From Malacoraja senta (taxonomy: Eukaryota), in assembly GCA_038087875.1 (NCBI GenBank), contig JAXLNO010000101.1, positions 186,001 to 216,124 on the forward strand: a stretch of DNA of 30,124 nucleotides, read 5' to 3'. The notes below the pieces were generated by a model, which worked only from the letters and a program-made list of their open reading frames with translations, made no database searches and had not been told where the DNA came from. A program made the position numbers and the translations under genes. Positions 1 through 9,495 of the stretch are shown here, piece after piece. The number at the start of each line of letters is the position of its first letter. Within the stretch, counting starts at the first letter, position 1.

Positions 1-704
1 CAATGAAAAAGTGGGAACAGGAGAACCCGCCAGGGCAGCAAAATGCGGCGGCGGCAGATAAATTCCCAGTACAAGAGCCAGATTGGGACAAGGGAATAGC
101 AGCAGGACGAGGGATTATGAGGGACCTGCGGGATATAATTATAAAAGGGATTAAAGAGGCAGTACCCAAAGGACAGAATTTTGAACGAGCATTTGAGAAT
201 GGACAGCAGAAAGACGAGGCCCCGACAGCGTTCCTTCAAAGACTCAGGAATAACATGCAACAGTATTCCGGAATAGATCCGGACTCAGAGGCAGGACAAC
301 AACTGCTCAGGGCCAATTTCGTGACCAAATCCTGGCCTGATGTAAGGAAGAAGTTAGAAAAGATGGAAGATTGGAATGAGAAAGTACTGTCTCAGTTACT
401 TACGGAGGCCCAGAAAGTGTACGTGCGAAGGGATGAGGAAAAACAGAAGGGAAAGGCAAAGATTATGTTGCAGGCAGTAAAGCAAGTAGTAGACCAGGAC
501 AAGGGAGGTACAGGATGGCGAGGGAGTTACTCCCGAGGCAGGGGAAGAGGATTCGGCAGGGGCCGGAGAAAAACGAGTACGGGACAAAGTTGGAGGACAG
601 GACCTTCAAAATGTTATTTTTGTAATAAGGAAGGACACTTCAAAAGGGAGTGCCCTTAGCGTGTAGCGGAGTCCCGTACGTACAGTATGATGGAGAATGA
701 ATAG
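1..704 (+). pseudogene. gag: Retroviral gag, C-terminal part (capsid/MHR and nucleocapsid); premature TAG at 657-659, authentic amber stop at 702-704
   Basis: MHR-like QQKDEAPTAFLQRLR, RG-rich segment, single CX2CX4HX4C knuckle CYFCNKEGHFKREC (612-653); frame continues past 659 to TAG GGG GGT CAG GGG at 702. Confidence 0.93.
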
Positions 705-785
705 GGGGGTCAGGGGTTCCCGTCCCTGGGGTCGGGGGACTATAGAAGGGAACCCGTGGTAAATTTAAAAATAGGACCCCAGGGA
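702..785 (+). promoter_or_regulatory. gag-pol amber readthrough signal with H-type pseudoknot
   Basis: TAG followed by GGGGGTCAG (MLV: UAG GGAGGUCAG); stem 1 GGGTTCCC 714-721 / GGGAACCC 748-755; stem 2 TCCCTGGGGTC 723-733 / GACCCCAGGGA 775-785; pro-pol in frame with gag. Confidence 0.85.
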
Positions 786-3700
786 GAAGATACGGTGTTC
801 ATGGTAGATTCAGGAGCGGAGCGATCAAGTGTAACCAAAGTACCAATAGGTATGAAGGCAGGACAAGGGAGAATTAAAATTACTGGAGTAGGGGGGACTG
901 TAATGGTAGCTCCCGAGATAGGAGGCGTGAATGTAAGGTATGGACACCGGGAGGCAGTAGAGGACTTAATCTTAGTACCTCAGGCTGGTATAAATTTAAT
1001 GGACAGAGATTTACAAATACAATTGGGGATAGGCACAGCACCGGTAGAGGGAAGGATAGTGGTCCAGTTGTATACTCTAAGAGAGGCGGATGAGCAAAGA
1101 ATTAATGACCAAGTATGGGCCAAGGAAGGAAACAGAGGAGGTTTGCAAATACCCCCTCTACAGATGGTATTACAGGACGGTGCCGACATAGTACGAGTAA
1201 GACAATACCCCATTTCGACCGAGGGACAAAAAGGCTTACAACCAATCATTGAGAATTTATTGAAGGACGGGGTATTGGAACCATGTATGTCCCCCTACAA
1301 TACTCCGATCCTACCAGTCAGAAAGACCGACGGGACGTTTAGACTCGTACAGGACTTAAGGGAATTGAACAAGGTAGTCCGAGCCCGACACCCGGTAGTA
1401 CCTAACCCTTACACCATCATGGGACGGATACCCCCAAGCCACAAATGGTTTAGTGTGGTAGATTTAAAGGACGTTTTCTGGAGTTGTCCGCTGGCAACAG
1501 AAAGTAGAGACTTATTTGCCTTTGAGTGGGAAAACCCGAACACCGGGCGAAAGCAACAACTCCGGTGGGCGGTGCTCCCTCAAGGTTTTACAGAATCACC
1601 CAATTTATTCGGCCAAATTTTAGAGCAGGTACTGGAGGATTTCCCAGGTCACGGGGAAACGCAACTATTACAGTACGTGGACGACCTTCTCTTGTCAGGA
1701 GAGAGGGAAGAAGAAATAAGGGACGCCACGATAGTCCTGTTAAACTTCTTGGGGAAGAAGGGGTTAAGGGTGTCCCGTAACAAGCTTCAATTTGTGGAAC
1801 AGGAGGTAAAATATCTAGGACACCTGATAAGCGGAGGAAAGAGACGAATAAACCCCGATAGGATAGCTGGAATCACGGGAGTTCCACTCCCGAGGAATAA
1901 GAAAGAAATCCGGAAATTCCTGGAGTTGATAGGATACTGTCGATTGTGGATAGATGATTACGCCCGACAGGTGAAATTCCTGTATGATAAATTGGGAGAA
2001 GAAAAAGACAAGGTTAAGTGGACCCCTGAACAGGAGGTGGAATTTGGGAAATTAAAGAACAGTCTGATTACTGTAGCAATGTTACAAAATTTTGAGATTT
2101 AAAAAATAAAGTCTGCAATTTATCCCATCAGATAAAGCATAAAAAGAAGTTTAATTTGACATCTAATTCACTTTCATATCTTCAGTATTAAAGAAGTTAT
2201 GGCCATTTTCATACTCGGAAATTGGCATCTTGTTCCATATTGCTTTTCCATTGACTTAACACAAAAGCTGTGATCGAGGACAGTCAAAAGCCCATAACTT
2301 TCTTAAAAATTAAGATAACTGAAAGAAATTTTCAGTTATTATAGATTGAAGCATTCTGAAACAAATATGAAACAATCTTACTTAGAAGACATGAAAGTAA
2401 AGCATATAATCAGTTAGTTACCTAATTGTAGCTAATTACAAAATTCAATTACTAGATCTAAACATCTATCAATTTCTTAAGAATAGATTAACATTTTTAA
2501 ATAGCCTAAATGTCCAAATAACATTCACACAATAATTCACAATATAACATAATTTAAAAATCTAATTTTCATGAATTTACGGGCCAAATGGAAGGAATTG
2601 AATGTTTAATACCTGTAAATTAATGGGCATTTAATTCATCTTGTGAGTGAGAATTTCTGGAACGCGATCTTTTGGAACGTTCATTTGCGGTGAATTTAAC
2701 CCCATATTGGCATGAAAAATTCTGCCGTTAATTCGGGGAATAAAATCACCGTGTCGCATGAAAAAATGTGAATTAAAGGCTTCTTAAGAAGCACTTTTAT
2801 ACATTTAAAGAAAGCACTTTCGTTTACCTGTCCCGTGTGTGAAATCCGTCCCCGTTATCGGCGTTGACGCTTCAGGAGCTGATTTTAAAATAACTTTAGC
2901 GCTGACATTGACGATTTAATAAAAATAAAAAACACACAAAACGCCGGTAGGAACGATTCATCAGCCAAGGCTTGTACTCCAACGAAATATTCCCAGGACA
3001 AGGGAGGAGTAACCCGCGTTTTAACCCCGCCCCCCTTAAAGGCGCCAAAATCGCGCACACGGCCAGTGGCAGAATTACAGCGCGACTGAAGGTAAGTTTT
3101 GTAACATACCTAATTACGGCTCCCGTGTTGGCCCTACCCTCGTTAGAACAACCTTTCCATCTCTTCGTAAATTCAGACAAGGGGGTGGCACTAGGGGTAC
3201 TTACCCAGAAGAGAGGGGGGTACCGACAGCCGGTGGCCTTCCTCTCAAAAATATTAGATCCAGTCTCCAGGGGATGGCCGGGATGCATACAAGCGGTAGC
3301 AGCCACTGCAATATTGGTGGAGGAGAGTAGAAAATTAACCTTTGGAGGAGCTCTGGTTGTTTCTACGCCACACACAGTAAGAACCATACTCACTCAGAAA
3401 TCCAACAGATGATTAACGGACTCTAGAATTGTAAAGTACGAGGCCATCCTGATGCAAAAAGACGATTTGAGTATAATTACGGATAAGAACCTTAACCCGT
3501 CCCAATTCCTGTATCCAGCAGAAAAACCGGGCGATGAGGGAGAGGACCCAGTACACTGCTGTAGTGAAATAATAGATTTACAGACAAAAAGTAGAGAAGA
3601 CTTGGAAGAACAACCTCTGGCTGAGGGCAGCCGGTGGTTTATAGATGGGTCCTCCAGATGTTTAGATGGAAAAAGACATAGTGGGTACGGTATAGTGAAC

Positions 3701-5293
3701 GGGGAAACTATGGAGGAAATTGAAAGCGGTAGGCTGCCTGGTAGTTGGTCAGCCCAATCTTGTGAAATATATGCATTAATGAGAGCTTTGGAACTATTGG
3801 AGGGGAAGGAAGGAACAGTGTATACCGATTCAAAATACGCCTTTGGGGTAGTACACACCTTTGGGAAAACCTGGAAAGAGCGAGGAATGATAACAGCTCG
3901 AGGGAAGGAATTAGCGCATGAGCAATTGATAGGACAGACACTGGAGGCCTTGCAGAAACCAGAAAGAAGAGCCATAGCACATGTGGCAGGGCATCAAAAG
4001 GGTAATACCCTAGAGGCCAGAGGAAATAGGGCAGCGGATGAAGTTGCAAAAAGAGCAGCCACAGAACAGACGGTAGAAATGATGTCACTAATACCTTTAA
4101 GGGAACAAGAGGAAAAGATACCAATCTTTAGTGAGAAAGAGCAGGAACACATGAGGGAAATGGGAGCCCGGCTTACCCCAAATATGAAATGGTGGACACC
4201 GGATGGAAAGCAGCTATTGAACAAATAAATTATAAGGGAGTTATTAGGGAGGCTGCACGGGCAAAGCCATTGGGGAACCCAAGCCCTCTGTGACACCCTC
4301 CTCAGAACCTACGCTTGCCGTGGGATGTATACCATGGCCAAACAAGTCATAGGGGGCTGTGTAATATGTCAGCGAATTAACAAGAAAATCATGAGAGCAG
4401 TCCCGGGAGGAGGACAACCATTGGCAATTAGGCCCTTCCAAAGAATACAGATAGATTTCACCGAGTTGCCCCGGGTACAAAGATGGAAGTACCTGTTAGT
4501 GGTAGTGGACCATTTCACTAGATGGGTAGAGGCATTCCCCACAGCAACTGCCACCTCACAGGCGGTAGCCAAGGTATTATTGGAGCAAATTATACCCAGA
4601 TATGGGATTGTGGAAACAATAGACTCGGATAGAGGGACCCATTTTGCCTCCAAGACACGTAAAATGATATGTGAAGCACTAGGAATTGAATGGAAATTGC
4701 ATACACCGTGGCATCCCCAGAGCTCCGGGAAGGTGGAGAGAATGAATGGCACATTGAAGACCCAAATCACCAAGTTGATAGAGGAAACGAGACTCCCCTG
4801 GACTAAGTGCCTTCCGATAGCCTTGTTGAGAATCCGCACGGCACCTCGGAAAGACATAGGGGTATCACCATATGAAATGTTATTCGGGCTCCCATACTTA
4901 GGGGAGATAGAAGGGGTCCCAACAATACAAGGGAATGGTGTATTCCAAAGGAACTATTTACTGGCAGTGTCCCAATCTCTTGCAGAACTAAAAATTAAAG
5001 GATTGCTGGCCCAGAGCCCACCACTGGACTTCCCGATACACTCAGTCAAGGCTGGGGACTGGGTACTAATAAAAACGTGGAAAGAAGAAAAGCTGCAACC
5101 TAAGTGGACTGGACCCTACCTGGTGTTATTAATCACCGAGACAGCAGTACGAACAAAAGAGAAAGGGTGGACGCACGCAAGCCGATTTAAGGGTCCTGTG
5201 GAGGCCCCACCAGACAATATCAGCCCGTGGACTGTGCGCAAAGGAGAGGAACCATTGACTTTGGTATTCACCAAGACCCCGCACGGAAAATGA
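705..5293 (+). pseudogene. pol: Retroviral pro-pol (protease, RT, RNase H, integrase), disrupted by an insertion at 2074-3112 and stops at 3410-3412 and 4226-4228
   Basis: DSG at 807-815, YVDD at 1674-1685, FIDGSS at ~3638, H-X3-H...C-X2-C at ~4253-4370, integrase D4454/D4628/E4736, WTGPY near 5105; ORFs 2972, 3452 and 4325 share one frame; removing the insertion restores KLKNSLITAPVLALP. Confidence 0.95.
2074..3112. mobile_element. Non-autonomous TIR DNA transposon (hAT-like TAG...CTA termini), 1039 bp, inserted in pol
   Basis: Left end TAGCAATGTTACAAAA vs reverse complement of right end TAGGTATGTTACAAAA; flanking duplication ATTACTG (2067-2073) / ATTACGG (3113-3119); AT-rich non-coding interior. 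Confidence 0.85.
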
Positions 5294-7194
5294 AGACTTC
5301 ATGCTGGTGGATCGTGTGTTGGGTGGTTACCCAACTCGTGAGTAATATAACATGTATAAAAATCACAATACCACAGAATAGAAGGTCCACCACCATCCCA
5401 TTTAATGTATGTAAAGGAAAATGGTGGTGCGGATATAGAATGTATGTATGCACCCATCCCTGTAAAGATTGGCACGCGGTGTTTACTTCATCAAAATATG
5501 GGTGGCATCGAACCACCTATCAAACTGATAGGTGGAAAGTATATAAAAACCCAAATGAGGGATTGCCAGGACGCGTGTATGTAAGCATACAGAGTGTTCA
5601 AATGCAGGAAAGTGGTAGGTATTGGATATGTGCAGATAGAACAGGGAAGGACGCATGCCTCAGGTTTGAGATAGAAGTGAAGCGGGACGGGAATATGGTA
5701 AAATATGAGGATGGGAGGGAAAGGTTCCAGATAGATGACAGTCAGAGTAGGAATCCCTGGGCAACACCAGCACCACCGGTAGTAAGAAATGTCACCACGG
5801 AAAATGAGCCTAAGGATTTGAAGATAATGATAGTAGCAGGAGAAACAGAATTAAGGCAGTTATATGAGGAGGGAATACCTACAGGAGGAAAGGGAGCCAA
5901 CGCCTGGCTTGCCTGGATGATGTACATGGCCAGGAGTATGCAACACACCAATTGCTACGCCTGCGCCGGAGCTAAGCCTCAGCTGGTTCCAGTACCATTT
6001 CCCTTGAATTGGGATAGAACACCTGGGGCTATGCCATGTATACTACAGCTATTCACGAATCCCATCCTACCAAAGGATGCAACCTGCCAGAGTTATCATT
6101 ACCTATTCCCGGCTAGCAACAACAATACAAAGGGCCGAAGGACAGACCCACGACCTCCTCCATTTAGAACTCCCCTTGGGGAGGAGGGATTTGAGTGCTA
6201 TACCAGATATAACCCAGATGGACAGAAAATGGGGGAGGTGCTGAACTGCAATCAGACGTATAACATAACGGCTGAGGAACAAGGGCCACTGTTCAAAAGC
6301 TCCTGGCTGAGAAAGCAGATAGTCAGTAGAGCCGATGTCTGGTGGTGGTGCGGGGAGAATACTCTGTGGCCCCGGTTACCGGGGTCATGGACGGGAACCT
6401 GTACCCTCACACAACTGATGATGCCCTTCACGATAGCAGTAGAACATGCTGTAGAACTCAATGAAGGAAGCCGACGACAGAAGAGAGGGGTGAGAGGATC
6501 ATTCGACACACACATATATATAGATGCGATAGGGGTGCCAAGAGGGGTACCCGATGAATTCAAAGCCAGAAACCAGATAGCTGCGGGTTTTGAGTCCATG
6601 CTCTTCTGGTGGTCCACAATTAATAAAAATGTGGACTGGATCAACTACCTGTACTACAATCAACAACGCTTTATAAATTACACTCGAGATGCGGTTGAAG
6701 GATTAGCGGAACAACTGACAGATACCAGCCTAATGGCCTGGCAAAATCGCATGGCCTTAGACATGCTACTGGCTGAGAAGGGAGGGGTGTGTGTAATGTT
6801 TGGGGAACAATGTTGCACCTTTATCCCCAACAACACTGCTCCTAATGGGTCAGTATTGAGAGCCCTAGCAAGTCTCACCTCCCTGTCTATCGAATTGGCC
6901 GAGAACTCCGGAGTAGACACCTCCTGGACCGGGTTTCTAGAATCCTGGTTTGGGAAATGGAAGCACATCTTTACATCAGCCCTAACATCAGTGGTAGTTA
7001 TGATGGGGTTGCTGTGCCTATTTGGATGTTGTATCATTCCCTGCGTACGGGGGTTGTCTCAGCGATTGATAGAGACCGCCCTGACCAAGAATGACGCCGC
7101 CATGATGGCCTTTAAAACACAGTATGACCAGCGAGAGGAAGATAAAGAGGCGAAGATTCTGCTGCTAGCATTAGAGAAGGGGCAGATAGTCTAA
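5290..7194 (+). CDS. env: Intact gamma-type retroviral envelope glycoprotein, 634 aa (signal peptide, Ig-like N-terminal domain, SU, TM)
   Basis: ATG at 5290 overlaps the pol TGA (ATGA); hydrophobic leader; CxxC CYAC (5953-5964); furin site RRQKR (6472-6486); YIDAIGVPRGVPDEFKARNQIAAGFES; ISD WQNRMALDMLLAEKGGV (6739-6789); CX6CC (6790-6816); TM helix ~6967-7040. Confidence 0.95.
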   Translation: MKTSCWWIVCWVVTQLVSNITCIKITIPQNRRSTTIPFNVCKGKWWCGYRMYVCTHPCKDWHAVFTSSKYGWHRTTYQTDRWKVYKNPNEGLPGRVYVSIQSVQMQESGRYWICADRTGKDACLRFEIEVKRDGNMVKYEDGRERFQIDDSQSRNPWATPAPPVVRNVTTENEPKDLKIMIVAGETELRQLYEEGIPTGGKGANAWLAWMMYMARSMQHTNCYACAGAKPQLVPVPFPLNWDRTPGAMPCILQLFTNPILPKDATCQSYHYLFPASNNNTKGRRTDPRPPPFRTPLGEEGFECYTRYNPDGQKMGEVLNCNQTYNITAEEQGPLFKSSWLRKQIVSRADVWWWCGENTLWPRLPGSWTGTCTLTQLMMPFTIAVEHAVELNEGSRRQKRGVRGSFDTHIYIDAIGVPRGVPDEFKARNQIAAGFESMLFWWSTINKNVDWINYLYYNQQRFINYTRDAVEGLAEQLTDTSLMAWQNRMALDMLLAEKGGVCVMFGEQCCTFIPNNTAPNGSVLRALASLTSLSIELAENSGVDTSWTGFLESWFGKWKHIFTSALTSVVVMMGLLCLFGCCIIPCVRGLSQRLIETALTKNDAAMMAFKTQYDQREEDKEAKILLLALEKGQIV

Positions 7195-7306
7195 ATCAAA
7201 GATTACAGTAGCAAAAGTAAAAGTGTGGATTGTGAGGAAGGGGTTAATAGGTATAGTTGATCTAGACAAGAACCCATTGTCTAGTAGGGAGTATATTAGG
7301 GAATAT

Positions 7307-7326
7307 AGAAGGGAGGATAGGGGGAA
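7307..7326 (+). promoter_or_regulatory. Polypurine tract
   Basis: AGAAGGGAGGATAGGGGGAA immediately before TGAAG, as in MLV (…GGGGAA-TGAAAG). Confidence 0.6.
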
Positions 7327-7740
7327 TGAAGAACAAGTACAGATGGTGACTTTTCAAGGATGAGAACAGAGAAGATAAGGAGACCGTCCATTCTGGAATT
7401 AGGGTAAGGGTCATGAAAAACACTCTATGCGCTTGCGTAATGAGATAAATGAATATTGCAAACACGCCCATCATGACAAGATGTCTCATTTAAATGTACA
7501 TGCGATGTATGATCTGGGAGGTACCCGGGGCGGTACCTGTAGAGTGTGCACCTCAGTGCTCTGATTTGACAAGAGCCCGAAGGGGAGGAGTAAATGTAAC
7601 AAATGTAAAATGATGTGAATAAGAGAGAGATGATTTCCATCCCTCGGTGTGTCTTGACAGGGGAGACACCCAACTCTGCAGACTTGCTAATAAATAAACT
7701 TGTTTCTCTACATTCTCTACGCATCGTGAGTGTTCTTTCA
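7327..7740 (+). repeat. 3' LTR (~414 bp; alternative boundaries 7231-7742 with TGTGA...TCACA)
   Basis: TG...CA ends with imperfect inverted repeat TGAAGAACA / TGTTCTTTCA; AATAAA at 7689-7698; unrelated LINE sequence starts right after; 5' LTR not in the window to confirm. Confidence 0.7.
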
Positions 7741-7746
7741 CAATTT

Positions 7747-8118
7747 GCGCCTGACACTGGCCAAGCTGAAAAATATCACAATCCCCCTGCTGGACCCACT
7801 GGATTTTGCATATTGGGCCAATAGATCTGTGGATGACGCAGTCAATCTGGGCCTGCACTTCGTCCTCCAGCACCTAGACCGCCAGGGGACCTATGCGAGG
7901 ATTTTGTTTGTTGATTTTAGCTCTGCATTCAACACCATTGTGCCAGGGCTACTACGCTCCAAACTTTCTGAGTTGACTGTGCCTGAACCCCTCTGTCGGT
8001 GGATCACCAGCTTTCTCCTCTACTCTCTCTAAACCAACGACTGCACCTCCACAGACACCTCTGTCAAGCTTCTCAAGTTTGCGGACGACACAACCCTGAT
8101 TGGGCTGATCCAGGATGG
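7747..8118 (+). mobile_element. Rex1/Babar-type LINE RT fragment with internal deletion
   Basis: LDPLDFAYWANRSVDDAVNLGLHFVLQHLD...LFVDFSSAFNTI; jumps from ITSFL to the LYSL...[12 protein letters not shown] region. Confidence 0.85.
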
Positions 8119-8119
8119 G

Positions 8120-8465
8120 GATCTCTGTACTCTTTTCAGTTTGACATCTTTCCTAGAACATGGTGCCCAGAACTGAACACAATATTCTAAATGCGGTCTC
8201 ACCAACGTCTTATACTGTACAACTGCAACATGACCTCCCAACTTCTATACTCAATACTCTGATTGATGAAGGCCAAAGTTCCAAAATACTTTTGACCACC
8301 TGATATACCTGCGACACAACCTTCAAGGAACCATGCAACCATCAACCATTCTTCTGCCCACCTGGCTGATCGATCCAGATCCTGCTGCAATCTTTTATAA
8401 CCATCTTCACTATCTGCAAAACCACTCACTTCTGTATCATCAGCAAACTTGCTAATCTTGCCCTG
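8120..8465 (-). mobile_element. CR1 LINE ORF2 fragment
   Basis: Minus-strand [17 protein letters not shown] and RLQQDLDR...WAEEW. Confidence 0.85.
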
Positions 8466-8510
8466 TTCTGTGACGTTTCACAGAGTGCTGGAGTAACTCA
8501 GCGGGTCAGG

Positions 8511-9075
8511 CTGAGTATAGAAGTTGGGAGGTTGCATAAGAAGTTGGTGAGGCCACATTCAGAGTGTTGTAATCAGTTCTGGGCACCATGTTATAGGAAA
8601 GATGTCATCAAACTGGAAAGGGTACAGTGAAGATTTACGAGGATGTTGCCAGGACTAGAGGGCCAGAGCTATATGGAGAGGTTGAGTAGGCTGCGACTCT
8701 ATTTCATGGAACACAGGAGGATGTATACAATCATGATTTGAATCTAATAGAGGTGTATACAATCATGATTTGAATAGATATGGTTGCGTTTTTTGCCCAG
8801 AATAGGTGAATCGAGGCGCAGAGGACATAAGTTTAAGGTGAAGGGCAAAAGATTTAATAGGAATCTGAGGGGTATGTTTTTCACACAACGGGTGGTAGGT
8901 GTATGGAACAAGCTGCCAGAGGAGGTAGTTGAGGCGGGGACTATCGCAACATTTATGAAACAGTTAGACAGGTACACGGATAGGACAGGTTCGGAGGTCC
9001 ATGGATCAAACGTGGGCAGATGGGAAATGCTGGGCCGAAGGGCCTGTTTCCACACTGTATCACTCTATGACTCTA
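8511..9075 (+). mobile_element. CR1 (HER1-type) LINE 3' fragment
   Basis: RGHKFKVKGKRFNRNLRGMFFTQRVVGVWNKLPEEVVEAG; 3' UTR GGGCCGAAGGGCCTGTTTCC...CTCTATGACTCTAT tail. Confidence 0.88.
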
Positions 9076-9275
9076 TCTATCTTTCCCTCTCAAACCAATC
9101 CTGCTGCCTTCTCCCCATTTGACACCCGTATCAATCAAGAATCAAGCGTGTGTCCTGTCCTGCTTCACCCAGGCAGCAGATACGTTATAGGAGAGGGAAA
9201 GTACCGTCACAAAGTAACTCACAATGGTTTGGGTAACATTCAGGAATGTCTATGCATGTCACATCATGAATATTA

Positions 9276-9495
9276 CTGAAGAACGGTCTTGACCCGAAAT
9301 ATAATCTATACCTTTTCTCCAGAGATGCTGCCTGACCCACTGAGTTACTCCAGCACGCTGTGACATGTCATCTATCCATGTTCTCCACAGATGCTACCTG
9401 ACCCACTGAGTTACTCCAGCACCCTGTGAAACGTCGCCTATCCATGTTCTCCAGAGATGCTGCCTGACCCACTGAGTTACTCCAGCACTCTGTGT
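9276..9495 (+). repeat. Penelope terminal fragment with three tandem ~59-bp units and a degenerate hammerhead motif
   Basis: TCTCCA(G/C)AGATGCT(G/A)CCTGACCCACTGAGTTACTCCAGCAC three times; CTGAAGA...GACCCGAAA at 9276-9299; an inverted piece of the same unit lies at ~8470-8510. Confidence 0.7.

Larger units (their letters stand above)
1..7740 (+). mobile_element. Endogenous retrovirus, class I (gamma-like, HERV-I-related), 5' part outside the window: gag-pro-pol-env-3'LTR
   Basis: Collinear gag (CCHC knuckle), protease (DSG), RT (LPQGFTESPNLFGQ, YVDD), RNase H, integrase (HHCC, D-D35-E, GPY/F), gamma-type env, PPT and LTR; gag and pol are in one frame separated by an amber codon. Confidence 0.97.

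Noticed and set aside
657..659. TAG as the natural gag stop
   Set aside because: It falls one codon after the zinc knuckle; the conserved readthrough context and pseudoknot belong to the in-frame TAG at 702
2972..3112. N-terminus of ORF 2972-3412 as a novel protein
   Set aside because: Chance open frame in the transposon end fused to the pol frame
657..3412. APOBEC-type G-to-A hypermutation of the provirus
   Set aside because: Only about four inferred G-to-A changes, in mixed dinucleotide contexts, with no consensus to compare against
5227..5289. GTG start for env
   Set aside because: Eukaryotic context; the ATG at 5290 directly precedes the signal peptide
7743..7762. tRNA-Lys primer-binding site after the LTR (tandem provirus)
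   Set aside because: Weak match without the TGG start; the sequence reads into Rex1 RT (RLTLAKLKNIT)
9310..9490. CRISPR-like repeat-spacer array
   Set aside because: Eukaryotic context, the intervening segments resemble each other, no cas genes; the unit is Penelope terminal sequence
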